Assembly: GCA_032718475.1 (NCBI GenBank)
Contig: JAUCBJ010007108.1
Location: 1-64,000, forward strand
Source of the DNA: Nemertoderma westbladi
Lineage: Eukaryota > Animalia > Xenacoelomorpha
DNA: 64,000 nt
Direction: 5' to 3'
Shown: piece by piece, positions 37,590 to 48,594 of the stretch
Numbering within the stretch: position 1 is the stretch's first letter
Layout of the letters: every line of letters starts with the position of its first letter
Notes under the pieces: generated by a model
What the model was told of the DNA's origin: nothing
The model's database searches: none
What the model saw: the letters and a program-made list of their open reading frames with translations, nothing else
Made by a program: the position numbers and the translations under genes

Positions 37590-39427
37590 TTAGAGGTAGG
37601 TTCAGGGAGTACAGGTGTCTCTACCACCGAAAGGGTGGCTTCGGGAACAGGCCTAATTATTTCAGGCTCATCTACTATAGTAGGGAGTCTTTCTATTGTA
37701 ATTATTTGGTCTGTGGGTTCTGTACTACCTACGTTGGTGTTATTTAGTTGCCTTCTAACAGCTGGGGGCAAATCAGGCAATTTCTGACGGTGGGCCATTC
37801 TTTTACGTCTGCTTAGGCGAGATCGATTTCCTCCGCCTTCAGTGTCGGTGGTATCGCCTTCCTCAGATGATGTATAACCTTGTCTTTTGGGAGTAGATCG
37901 ATTCATCATCTGCATATTACTAGCTGTTAACTGTTTATTAAAGTTGTCTTGTCTCTCTTGAAGATTTTCCAACTCTAGTTGGGTTGTCTCTTCAGATGCC
38001 CTCCGTTCTGCTTCTGCCACTGCTATTTTTCTTTCCGCTTCGGCCGCCTTTCTTTCCGCTTCTGCTGCTGCCACTTTTCTTTCCGCTTCGGCCGCCTTTC
38101 TTTCGGCTTCTACTGCTGCAGCTGCCGCTTTTGCCTCTGCCGCTGCCACTTTTGCCTCTGCCGCTGCCTCTGCCGCTTTTCTATCCACTTCTGCCGCTTT
38201 TCGTTCCGCTTCTGCCGCTGCCACTGCCGCTGCTGCTGTCTTTCTATCTTCTATACGTTTTTTCTTTACTTGTTCTTCTTGAACCTTAGCGATGCGGATG
38301 CTTTCATTGAATTTAGCTTGGTTCGCAGCTAACCTATCCACATCGATTGTGTCCAACACACTCTGGGCTCCTTCACTATTAGGGCTAAGTCCATCTAACC
38401 TTCTCCTCAACTCTTCATCACCTAAAAAACGTTGATAGTCTGACAGATAGATGTCAATGGCATCCCTCTTATGCGGCTTCTCTGCCGTCGCTTCACTTTC
38501 CACTTGGGAAAAAGTAGCGTCTGTTGATTCTCCATGGGTTGAGCGCTCCTCCAGCTGAGCTTTCCACTGAGCCGTTCCTTGAACCTGGAGACTCACCCGT
38601 TGAAACCAAGTCTTTACGGCAACTTGCAACGACGTGTCTTGTCTTCTTTTAGAAGCCTCCTCAAAGGCCGATAAGATTAGCCTAATTCGCAGAATTCTTT
38701 CTCTAACTTGATAAAGCAGTTGTCCCTGCTCTTGAGGTCCTTGAGGTTGTTGAAACAGTTGTTCTTTTACTCGCTCCATAGAGTTGAAGAATCCCTGGGC
38801 GTATCCGGCTGCGGACCTCTTCCATACAGCTGGATCGATGGTTTCCTTGGCTACTCCCATCCGGTGTATGTCTTCCCAGGCAGCTTCTGATAAATCAAAC
38901 GGGAGTCCGGGTCCGGGGAAGTTCCATTGCGACTCGACCATAGACTTCAGTTCTTCCCTTGTGTATCCCTCATAACTATCTTTAGTTGATCGCTTACTTC
39001 TCGCCCAATCGATCTGGTGTTCTTCCACCGCAATCAATAACCTAGTGAGTACGGCTGCAGGAAGGATGAGAAGGGGATCCGAATAAACTGCATCCGTCAT
39101 CCTTGCTTCGCGCTTGGGTGTCAGCTCTACAGTATCCTCACTACTGGAGCTGTCGGGCCGCTGAGAAATAAGTTCTTGGCTCGCGGGTTGTTGCTGTTCC
39201 GCTGCTTCTTGGTCCCGCTTGACCTGGGCTCGAGTGCCTATGATAGACCTATGATGTTGGACCAGCCTCGGTTCTGTTATTACTACTGGAGGGATGACTT
39301 TCCTAACAGTGGGAGGTGAACTGAACTTAGGTGTAGACGGTTCTACACCCTTATCTGAGTCGCAGATAGTTACATCTAATAAACTGTCTGACATGTTCTG
39401 CTTAGTATCAGACATGTTTGTTTGCAC
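37379..39427 (-). CDS. Long N-terminal gag extension of the BEL element with Ala/Glu/Lys coiled-coil repeats
   Basis: 682-codon ORF overlapping the gag-pol frame (which opens at 37589); AAEAERK repeats at ~38010-38240. Confidence 0.75.
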   Translation of the reverse strand: MQTNMSDTKQNMSDSLLDVTICDSDKGVEPSTPKFSSPPTVRKVIPPVVITEPRLVQHHRSIIGTRAQVKRDQEAAEQQQPASQELISQRPDSSSSEDTVELTPKREARMTDAVYSDPLLILPAAVLTRLLIAVEEHQIDWARSKRSTKDSYEGYTREELKSMVESQWNFPGPGLPFDLSEAAWEDIHRMGVAKETIDPAVWKRSAAGYAQGFFNSMERVKEQLFQQPQGPQEQGQLLYQVRERILRIRLILSAFEEASKRRQDTSLQVAVKTWFQRVSLQVQGTAQWKAQLEERSTHGESTDATFSQVESEATAEKPHKRDAIDIYLSDYQRFLGDEELRRRLDGLSPNSEGAQSVLDTIDVDRLAANQAKFNESIRIAKVQEEQVKKKRIEDRKTAAAAVAAAEAERKAAEVDRKAAEAAAEAKVAAAEAKAAAAAVEAERKAAEAERKVAAAEAERKAAEAERKIAVAEAERRASEETTQLELENLQERQDNFNKQLTASNMQMMNRSTPKRQGYTSSEEGDTTDTEGGGNRSRLSRRKRMAHRQKLPDLPPAVRRQLNNTNVGSTEPTDQIITIERLPTIVDEPEIIRPVPEATLSVVETPVLPEPTSKFPLHSPSYLCPAEQHNSEIFKICRPLSLVLPLQRWRIPLRRSNGWMRDDGGWISCSDRCRRLFSNSRAQ

Positions 39428-40759
39428 AGTTGAATGCCTACTGCTATATTACAGTCCAAGCAAGTCTAGTAATTCAGTATTAACTGCTAGCCTAGTAATT
39501 AATTACCGATACTGCTACTCAGTGTAGCGTGATATATATAATATTAGAATACCGGTATGCTTATGGTATATATAAGTATTATTACAGACTAGGTTTTTCA
39601 CAGAAACCGGTATATAATTTTAGCACAAATATATATAAATATATAATAGGCCTATCGTGGATACCGGTATGCAGTTTACACTTATAGTATATATAAGTAT
39701 AATTATTAACTAGAATTAATTACAGAATACCGGTATGATTTCAGCCTAAGTTTATGAAATAAATATAATAAGCCTATTGTAAATACCGGTATGTCAATTA
39801 TTTTAGAATAATTGAATTTCTGAATTTTAAGGGTTACTTGGTTACTTTAACTTACTTTATTACCGTTATTTGAGCAGTAGTCCAACTGATATTGAGACCT
39901 AATTGTTATATGGCAGGCCTACTATTTATAAATCGTTTGAGTTGATTTATAATATATATATACCCGTTTAATGGGTTTTGTCAATGTTTGAAATAAATGT
40001 TATTATTTCTGGGGGAGTCACTACACATAAGCAGTGCGCTCTCAGTGGAGCGCTACTTGTTAGACACTAAAACAAATAATTCTAATTTACCTAAGTTACT
40101 TAATACTACAAATTACATACAATTCGGGTTGAGATTACAATCTCTAAATAAACACAAAATTTTAATGACAAATACACAAATACGAAATTTTTAGGGTAAT
40201 TTTACAAGAAGTCTACTAACCAGCCTAACAAAGGGTTAGAATATCTGGTTATTACAACGGACAGGTTACTACGGTATTTGAAAATAATAAGTAGTAGTAA
40301 ATATACTGCGCTGTCCAGATAGGAAAAATACCACCGCCTGACGACCTATAACCGTATCGCTATAGGTACTACGTTATGTATCACGGAGTGTCCCTACCTA
40401 GAAGTTAATTACCGCGGTCTACCAGAACCAACGTGCCTATTAACCACTTTACAACACAAATACACTGCCTACACACTAATTGCTTTCGGAAAGCACTGTA
40501 CACTAAACCCTAAATTAGGTACAAGTACTTGTATAACAAATAATCAGTAGTTAAAAATACTTGAACAGCCAAAAGAACCACGGTATCTGCCGGAGTGACC
40601 AAAGCACAAAATCTCCAGTCTTTACCTACGCCGAGCAGCCCTGATGTAGTACCGGGGTTAGTTTAACTATAACGGTATGTATAACAAACACAATTACTGT
40701 AGGAATAAACTTGGGGAATGAATGTTGCGAATAATAGCATAAACTCTGAATAATAAATA

Positions 40760-41330
40760 TTACGCTACGCGTACAAACTACTCAAACAAAATGCAGACCA
40801 AATACTGACAGACTACTATCAAGCCTAAACAAACTACGGTATATGCAGACTCCGAAATGATTAGTTAGTATGCGTTCTAACCCAGTAGTACGACTTATTC
40901 TTTCACAGGGGGTTTACCTCACAGCGCTTGAAGCCCCTACTTTCCTAACTTAGCACTTTATCGCACAGATGCTCTACACACACCGAAATTTCCTCAAACC
41001 CAACAACAGCCAGACAACTATCCAGCCTACAAATTATCTAAATAAAATTATACGCTACCCGTACAGACTACACAAACAAAGTACAGAGCAAACGCTGGCG
41101 GACTCCTATCAAGCCTAAATAAACCACAGGACATGCAGTCTCCGAAATGGTTAAGTAGTATGCGTTCTAACCCAGTAGTACGACTTATTCTTTAGATGGG
41201 GGTTTACCTTACAGCTATGGCTGCCCCTACTTCCTAACCGTTCTTTATCAGACATACACTCTACATGCACTGCAATCCGTTCAGACCTAATCAACAGTTA
41301 GCCAACAGTCAAGCCTTCAAATTATCTGTA
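40760..41330. repeat. Two diverged ~290-bp tandem copies in the 5' leader of the BEL element
   Basis: TACGCTAC..TATCAAGCCTAAA..TCCGAAATG..AGTATGCGTTCTAACCCAGTAGTACGACTTATTCTTT occurs from ~40761 and again from ~41051. Confidence 0.8.
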
Positions 41331-41597
41331 CAATCTGAGCAGGCTTACACGCCTTCTGCTCAATACTGGCCTACAAATAAATAAAACTGACAGAAATAAG
41401 TAAGCTCCAAAAGAAACAAGGGGTGTACAGTCCCTAATCTCTTAAACAGCCTACCGGTATACAATACCACAATCGAATAATACTGTTGTACCTGTACTGT
41501 AAGTAAGTACCGGTCCGGATGATCAGGCAGTCAGGCCTACTGGTTACCGGTCGACCGGTACTTTCGACTAGATTGCTTACACCGCAATCCAGAAGCA

Positions 41598-41608
41598 ATA
41601 TCTGTTAT
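41598..41608 (-). promoter_or_regulatory. Putative primer-binding site, non-tRNA, complementary to LTR 42355-42345
   Basis: Minus-strand ATAACAGATAT directly abuts the 5' LTR end, with no TGG at the junction; exact reverse complement ATATCTGTTAT lies in the LTR on the same strand. Confidence 0.6.
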
Positions 41609-42788
41609 TGTTTGCGCTTTTAAGACCTTTGACAGTTTAACCTGCCAAAATTAGAATGTCTTTTGGATGATAGATAGTCTTTAGCCTATGACGAGTATTT
41701 GATACACTACATTAGCCGAAGCCAGTCTATGCGCAATCATTCACCCGCTGGATATACCCGGGAGACTGAATTCGGAAGCTTAATGATTGATGGTGTAAGC
41801 CTACTGTATTATTCGACTGATCGTAATATATAATCTCTGACAAATATTATTCACTTTCGGGAAATATTAACAGTTCCTTTAGGACGTGGCGCTCTAAATA
41901 TGTAAACAGAGTTATGACTTAAACTAGACACAACGAAAAGGCTATAGATTCACGTATATGGCGCATTCTTTAGGAGATGCTTTGTTATCAGTTACACTCA
42001 TACACAATGCTGCACAATACTGCACACTAATCTGCCGACCTTCACTAAATTTGGTCACGTATAAAGAGAGCAACATACAATTTATGTTGGGCATATGAAA
42101 TAGCATTAGATTCACTTCAAACCACTTAACATAGGTCGCAATCGTTTATCTGTAACCGGTCTCTCTAACCTTTAGTATATCAAGAAGATTGGGATGTCGG
42201 ACTATTGATCAGTATTCCGATATAATATTTCATCAACAAATATAACGAATAACCGACAGTAAAAGCAGTAAAGTTAAGGTATAAATGATTATTAAGTGAG
42301 TGAATTAACTCGGTAACTCGTTTGCATTGGTATGGTTAGGTTAGATAACAGATATACGTTCTATAATTAAGCCTACTAATGTAAGACTAAAGACTGAAAC
42401 ACGGAGGTGCCAAAAGCCGGTGTTCTTAGGCTCTGGGCAAAAACATAACACTGAATTCCTGAGTTTCTGTATCCACCTCCAACACAGAGACAAAAAACGC
42501 TCTGATTGGTCGACCGAACAACGAGAGAACAAAGAAACAAAGAAATGTCGACATGGCAATATCAGCTGTTAGCCGTCGTCATGGTAGCGACACTGTTTTC
42601 AAGAGTATCGAGCTTATTGCGTCCCGAAATTGCGGATTATGTCCTCTAAAGTACAAATACAGAAGAAATGGCTTTTATGTCCTCTAAAACACCAGTACAG
42701 TAAGGACACGGCCTTTTTATGCCCAGTAAACCAACTACAGAGTACTTTACGGGGAAAATAACCGGCTAATTACGCAAAAGCTTTTACA
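41609..42788 (-). repeat. 5' LTR (1180 bp)
   Basis: Direct repeat of 24148-25317; minus-strand CCAAT at ~42505 and Inr-like TCAGT at ~42395. Confidence 0.95.
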
Positions 42789-43533
42789 GATATCCTTAGT
42801 TTTGGATGGATCCATCATGGATGTTGGACGGATCCATCATGGATGTCCTTATTTTCAGACGGATCCATCATGGATGTCCTTATTTCTCACGCGTGTTTGT
42901 TTGTTTGTTTGATTGTTTGTTTGTACACACAACTTGTTCCACTTCATGTTGATGGAATTGGATGAAACTTTGATGATAGGTTCATTATCGGACCTAGTTG
43001 TGAATGCAAGGTTTTGGTTGCTAGGGACCTGTTGGTTGCGTAGCAACAGTTAATTAATTATAGAATGACCGATCATAATCGTAGAATTCACTCAATCAAA
43101 TTTCTGTCGACACCCCATAGGGAGCATCTATTGGACATGCTTTCTGCAAAATTTCGCTTTATTTCGTTCCGAATTGTAGGAGAAGATACATTTCTTACAA
43201 ACAGTGTTTTTTTTTACATACAATATATACTACTATATTGTGTACTTCGCCCAATGTTTCGATTTTCGTTATTAGGCTGCCCTGTATAGGCGCGTAATTT
43301 ATTACAACAATATTGGTAGCAATGGATCCGTCCATTATTGCCAGCTCTCGGCTGGCAAGCTTGTTATTATATTTAATAAATACAAAATATTCTGAAACAT
43401 TTTATTTATGTATGATTAGCTACGCAATAGAAATAGGCAAAGGCATACCGCTGTTGACCACATACTCATGAAATAAATAACTCGTTCTAGAATTAAATTC
43501 AAAGTTAAGTTCTAGTATTAAATATAATAAATG

Positions 43534-43930
43534 TACTGATTGCGGCCAATTATTTCCAGTTTTTAATGTTTTTCACCCGGGTGAAAACATCTATCACCCG
43601 GGTGAAAAATATTTAAATGTTTAACTATTGACTTTCGTTTATTGTTTTGGTTAGAATAACATGCCATTGTAACCTGATCCTTTCCCTAAATGGATTAATA
43701 AGATTGGTCGAGATATTAATTCACCAAGAGTGGATTTGGATCCAAATGAGCTTTTGATATTATTTACAAGGAAACTAACTACATGTGTTCATAGTTCTGA
43801 TGTTTTTCACCCGGGTGATAAATGTTTTTCACCCGGGTGATAAATATTTTTCACCCGGGTGATAAATATTTTTCACCCGGGTGAAAAATAATTTAAAAAA
43901 TGGAATAATTGGCCGCAATCAGCCACCGTA
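43534..43930. mobile_element. MITE with internal CACCCGGGTG palindromes
   Basis: CTGATTGCGGCCAATTATT / AATAATTGGCCGCAATCAG inverted ends; TAAATG on both flanks; six TCACCCGGGTGA motifs. Confidence 0.7.
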
Positions 43931-44179
43931 TAAATGGCCTTCAGCGAAAGATAATTCTTGCAATCTTTGAACGCCCCATTGTTACATAATTGGAATCCTT
44001 GCAACACAAGTCTTCTAATATGAAAGTTCTATATGATAGTTCTTCTATATGAAAACAATTACGACTAAAGTGTCAATACAAATGAATCTAAACAATCAAC
44101 GGTAAAATCAACTACTATTTAATAAATTTCACACATAATTAACTAAATTAATGAAGCAATAGTTACATCTCAATCCTAC

Positions 44180-44362
44180 CGTAAAGTCGTCTTCGTTAGC
44201 TGAGCAGTACTCATCTTCCTCCGAGGATATATCGTTGGCGTTGTCGATATATCGTTGTCGAATTTTCCATGTGTCCGAAATATCCGAATAGGGGCAATTA
44301 GTTTGTGAGCCGAGTGAACTGTGTACTGTGGAGTCATTATTAGATAGGCCAACTTGAAGCAT
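44180..44362 (-). CDS. Probable upstream coding exon of the coiled-coil gene
   Basis: ATG at 44362; SSEEDEYCSANEDDFT followed by donor ACG|GTAGGA, phase 0, matching the phase-0 acceptor at 21943. Confidence 0.5.
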
Positions 44363-46848
44363 TTGTGGAGTGCGGACTTCTGTGTACACCTTACTAGTAA
44401 GTGTAGGTGGGTTGCATTAATTTGAGATGGTCCTGTTGTTGAACTGAACCCTCATTGGCTCGGCCACACCATTAGGATGTATCGCATGCTGGACCCACAA
44501 CTACACTACACACCTCCACAGCTCGTGTTCAGCTATATTATCCCCGATTTATCCGCAGTATCCTGACCGGTGTCATTAAGTAGACCTTTCTGGGATGTCA
44601 ATGGCTGACCACGATAATTACTATGGGGAAGCGGTAATGGTGAACAATAATGGTCTACAATACCTTACCCAAGGCTACACAGGCCCTTAGGATTTAGTAG
44701 AAGGCTGTAGGCGTACTAAGTCCATTTTATATTTTAAAAAATTCATGTGGCTTATTTAAATATTATTATTTATTTCTATAATTTATTTCACATGCTTCTT
44801 CCGTTTCACATGTTTCAATAATTCCGATATTTTCCAACTGAAGTATTTCAATGCAATAAAAATAAAATGTTAACGAACTGAAGCCATTTATTTGTGTCAT
44901 AAAAAAGCTACAGCTAACATAAGGTCGTTCTAGAAAAAAATAGTTGATATTTTGAAAAACACATAAAATTTTAAAGTTTATAAGTTATGATGAAGGTTAA
45001 TTTAATAACTTGAATTTCATAAAACCATAGGAAAACATTCAAAGGAATTTAAGATTTAAAAATATATTCAGTAACTAAGATATTGGGTGCAATTGTCCGG
45101 GGGGGGGGGGGGGGGGGGCAATTGTCCGGGGAGCAATAATTGTCCGGCGGGCAATTGTCCGGTCTCCTAAATATAGGCCTAGTCTTGTGTAGAACGAAAA
45201 ATATAGACAGACCAATCAATATCATGCAATAAAAATAAAAATGTATACGATATTTCGAGTCTGCGTGACTCTTATTCATGTATTATTTTTATATAGCTAT
45301 ATATGTACATATATATTATGTTGAATACATATATAAATTATATAACCCTAAATCTTGTGGTGATGTTAGTGAAAAAAAAAATGGGGCCCCAGGCCACACT
45401 TAATGCCGAGTAAACAACCCTCGTTGCGCTCGCTCGGTACATAAATATACATTCTGGTCATAACGCTATAAAGTACCGGTACTAGGCTTACTTTTCACAC
45501 TACAGTATGATGTAAATAAATATTGCTTGTGTCATATAAGATTGGCTTTACGAAAATAATAACTCCTCAGTACTGTAGTTCATTTCTACCTTGTTCTTCG
45601 AGCTCCATTAGGCCTACTCAACAAATTATAAATATGGGCGATGAATATTTAGTAATAGGCCCTAATGTATATCGGTTTATTTGTAATTTATCATGTAACA
45701 TGTATCAATTTGTTGTAGGCCTACTGTTGTATGCCACGCTGTAAAGTACAGGTAGTATCCTAAATAAAATGAGCTACTGTAGGCTAATTAGCTAGCTAAT
45801 TGGTGAGATAATTTTATTTTAGAATATCACAATGCAGTAGTATGAAGTAGTTTCTTTAGTAACACCAGTCAGTGATTTTACATAGTCAATTTTGTTTACA
45901 TTAGGCAGCAGCTTATTTCTGACCATAACTTCGCGAGTTTTGATCGTAGGGAGCAGATTTGGGGTTCATTCTGTTCGGAATATAACAACTTTATTCAAAT
46001 CCATTTCCAATTTTATAATAATATAGATACAGGAATAGAAAAAATACATTTTTTTAATAATTGTGTTTCAACATTCGAGATTTTTAACTCCAATAGAGCA
46101 ATAATTGCTGGTTCGGTTTAAAAATATATGGGTTTTTAGAGGTTTTTATTTCGCAGCATTGTGATAATTACGCCTCAAATGCATCCAAATCGTTGTTTTT
46201 GTGTAATTCAAAAAAACATGAAGATTATGGAATCTTTATTTGAAACACTTAACGGAAACCACTGGCTAAAAACCGCGAGTATAACGTAGCCTACACTGTA
46301 CAACACTCTTTATATACAGTATATGCCTACGTCTTATTATTTGCTTTACCACCTTAACTTCGGTTTATTCCCGTTGTTATGTGGTTTTGGGCTACTTTGG
46401 ACGAACATCCATCGGGGATAATTGATCCGGGACCGGGATAATGTTCCAGAGGTTGTGTGGTTTCGAGCCCTAGAAGTGGACCGGGGAAGTATTCGTCTCA
46501 GCACGGAAGCTGCTGTTAAGGGCTAGCCAGATCCCATTCCTACTGTACCTTACATCCACAAATGTTCGTCTAATTTGTACCAGTTTCCACGGGGGTTTAC
46601 CCTGTACAGTATGTGTAGGCCTAAACTGTGGTTCTGGTTGAGGGTGGACCGCACTGGAAATCATTTTGTCTGACCTTTGTATATATTTTGTATCTCTGTA
46701 TCTATTTTGTATATGTATACAGATTTTCACCCCGTTTTACTACATTCAGTGCTTATTGGAAACACCTAGGTGTAATTGTGCCACATTAATTACAATAATA
46801 TTGTATAATATATTAACTTGAATATCATTACAATAAAGTCGGAATGTA

Positions 46849-47055
46849 ATAATAATAAATGAATTGTTGTGGGGTGAGTGACGGTGAATTAAATATATAA
46901 TGTAGATAGGACAATATGATAATGCTCTCCATAGCGAAAAATATCAACCGACCCTGTTGGGGCTCGAAACCTAGGTACCGGGTTCGAGCCCCAACAGGGT
47001 CGGTTGATATTTTTCGCTATGGAGAGCATTATCATATTGTCCTATCTACATTATA
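46849..47055. mobile_element. Palindromic insertion with tRNA B-box-like core and ~16-bp flanking duplication
   Basis: ~75-bp near-perfect inverted arms 46896-47055; GGGTTCGAGCCCC; ATAAAGTCGGAATGTA at 46833-46848 and 47053-47068. Confidence 0.6.
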
Positions 47056-47289
47056 AAGTCGGAATGTATTAAACATGACATCATGAAATATTATTCAGGG
47101 CCACCTGTTGTCTGCTGCTTCAATTGCTTCTGGATTTACTTATACCAGCGGTGGTTGCCATAAGTCCGTATTGTGTTGCATCCTAACCCGTTATTTACAG
47201 TATTGTCTTATTTTATATTTATTATTAATCTTGCAATGGGACATTAGACTAATTGTTTCTTTCATTGTTAGTAACTATAACAACAAAAC

Positions 47290-47344
47290 ATGTCTGAAAG
47301 TGGAAGCATTACCAATCCCCAACCTCGACAGACAACTACCGGTC
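47290..47344 (+). CDS. SCAMP: SCAMP coding exon 1 (MSESGSITNPQPRQTTTG)
   Basis: AAAC-ATG with in-frame TAA at 47278; donor C|GTAAGT, phase 1, fits exon 2. Confidence 0.7.
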
Positions 47345-47902
47345 GTAAGTATATTACCGTAATAATTTAGAACCTTTAAAATTGGAGAGAACTGGGGGAA
47401 AATGGACGCAAATCCAATATCGACAAATTAATTAATATTAAATTATATTAATTAAATGAAAGGAGCAGGTTGCAATGGTACATTACTCTCACCAAAAGAG
47501 TAAACGAAATTTAATAGGTATATTTTTGCAAGTAAATCAGCTGTCATTTGCTTCGATTTTCCTTTGGAGAGGAATTAATTATGATTGCGTCCAGAGTCCC
47601 TCCCCCCGTATCCGTTCAAGTGCTATCGGGAGTTTCCCAAGGCGTCCTTTAATACGGCTTGGAGTTTCCACATCAATTAATTACATTCTAAAAAATACAT
47701 AGGGCTACAGTACTGTAACTTAATGTTCTATACAAACTGACTATAATTTCAAGGTAGATTTAACTTTGGATTAAATATTTAAGTCGTGGAAAAGTTCCTG
47801 AATTTTTTTGTGTATACCATGAACTACAGTAGGATATAATACACTGCAGTATATTCCAGTACATGGTGTGGGTGTTAATTAAACATAATTAACGTTTATT
47901 AG

Positions 47903-48031
47903 GTCGAATGAACAACTTTCCGCCGCTCCCAAAATGTTTCCCATGTGGTCCCTGTTTCTATCAAGATATCAATCTCGAAATACCCCAGAACAACCAACGT
48001 TTAGTCAGATACATGTATTACTTATGGATTT
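47903..48031 (+). CDS. SCAMP: SCAMP coding exon 2
   Basis: ttattAG acceptor, GTAAGT donor; [25 protein letters not shown]...YMYYLW is the SCAMP signature. Confidence 0.92.
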
Positions 48032-48422
48032 GTAAGTTGAGGATTGCAGTATTATTATATGTTTTACAAATTATGCAGTCGTCATGGTTACAGATTTCGA
48101 ATAAATCAGATACAAAACTCTCATTTCGTGTCAATCATCATCGTTCGCAAAGGTAAAATATAGTTTCATTTTCGGAATTAAAATAAAAAAAGACAATCTT
48201 CTTATCTCAAAATTTGTTTACTCTAAATGTGGAAGATGTTATTCTTATTTTATTATATCACGTATTCTAGCCTATTACGATTATCACAATTTATTTTTAC
48301 TGTATTAGAAGACAATGATTACTGTAGGCCTACAAGTACAATACATAAACACTGTACTGTGTAGGTGTAGTCCTACTCACTGGACAGTAGATAATCCATG
48401 GTCTTTTTGTTATAATTAATAG

Positions 48423-48594
48423 TTTATTCCGTGACGCTACTGTGTAATGTTGTTGGGGCCCTGTTGTATCTGGTCCTGGCCCCTAGCTCGGCCTCTCACA
48501 CTGGAACCATGATGGCTATCGCAGTGGTGTTCGCCTTTCTATTCACACCAGCTTCTTATCTCTGTTGGTTCCGCCCAATATATAAAGCTTTCAG
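48423..48594 (+). CDS. SCAMP: SCAMP coding exon 3 (TM1-TM2 and E-peptide)
   Basis: AG acceptor, AG|GTTAGT donor; LFTPASYLCWFRPIYKAFR is the conserved E-peptide. Confidence 0.93.

Larger units (their letters stand above)
24148..42788 (-). mobile_element. Full-length 18.6-kb BEL/Pao LTR retrotransposon with an extra 3' ORF
   Basis: Two nearly identical TGT...ACA LTRs; 5-bp TSD GATGT/GATAT; gag-PR-RT-RH-IN order with BEL-type motifs; purine-rich GGGAGCGG next to the 3' LTR on the - strand. Confidence 0.96.
22540..43365 (+). mobile_element. Helentron/DINE-1 (HINE)-like non-autonomous element, split by the BEL insertion
   Basis: 5' TGGACGGATCCAT and 3' ATGGATCCGTCCA subterminal inverted repeats; (GTTT)n microsatellite at ~42895-42923; 3' hairpin TTGCCAGC-tctcg-GCTGGCAA followed by GCTTGTT. 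Confidence 0.65.

Noticed and set aside
46950-47000. tRNA gene
   Set aside because: Only a T-arm/B-box-like motif; no cloverleaf or A box, and it is part of a palindrome
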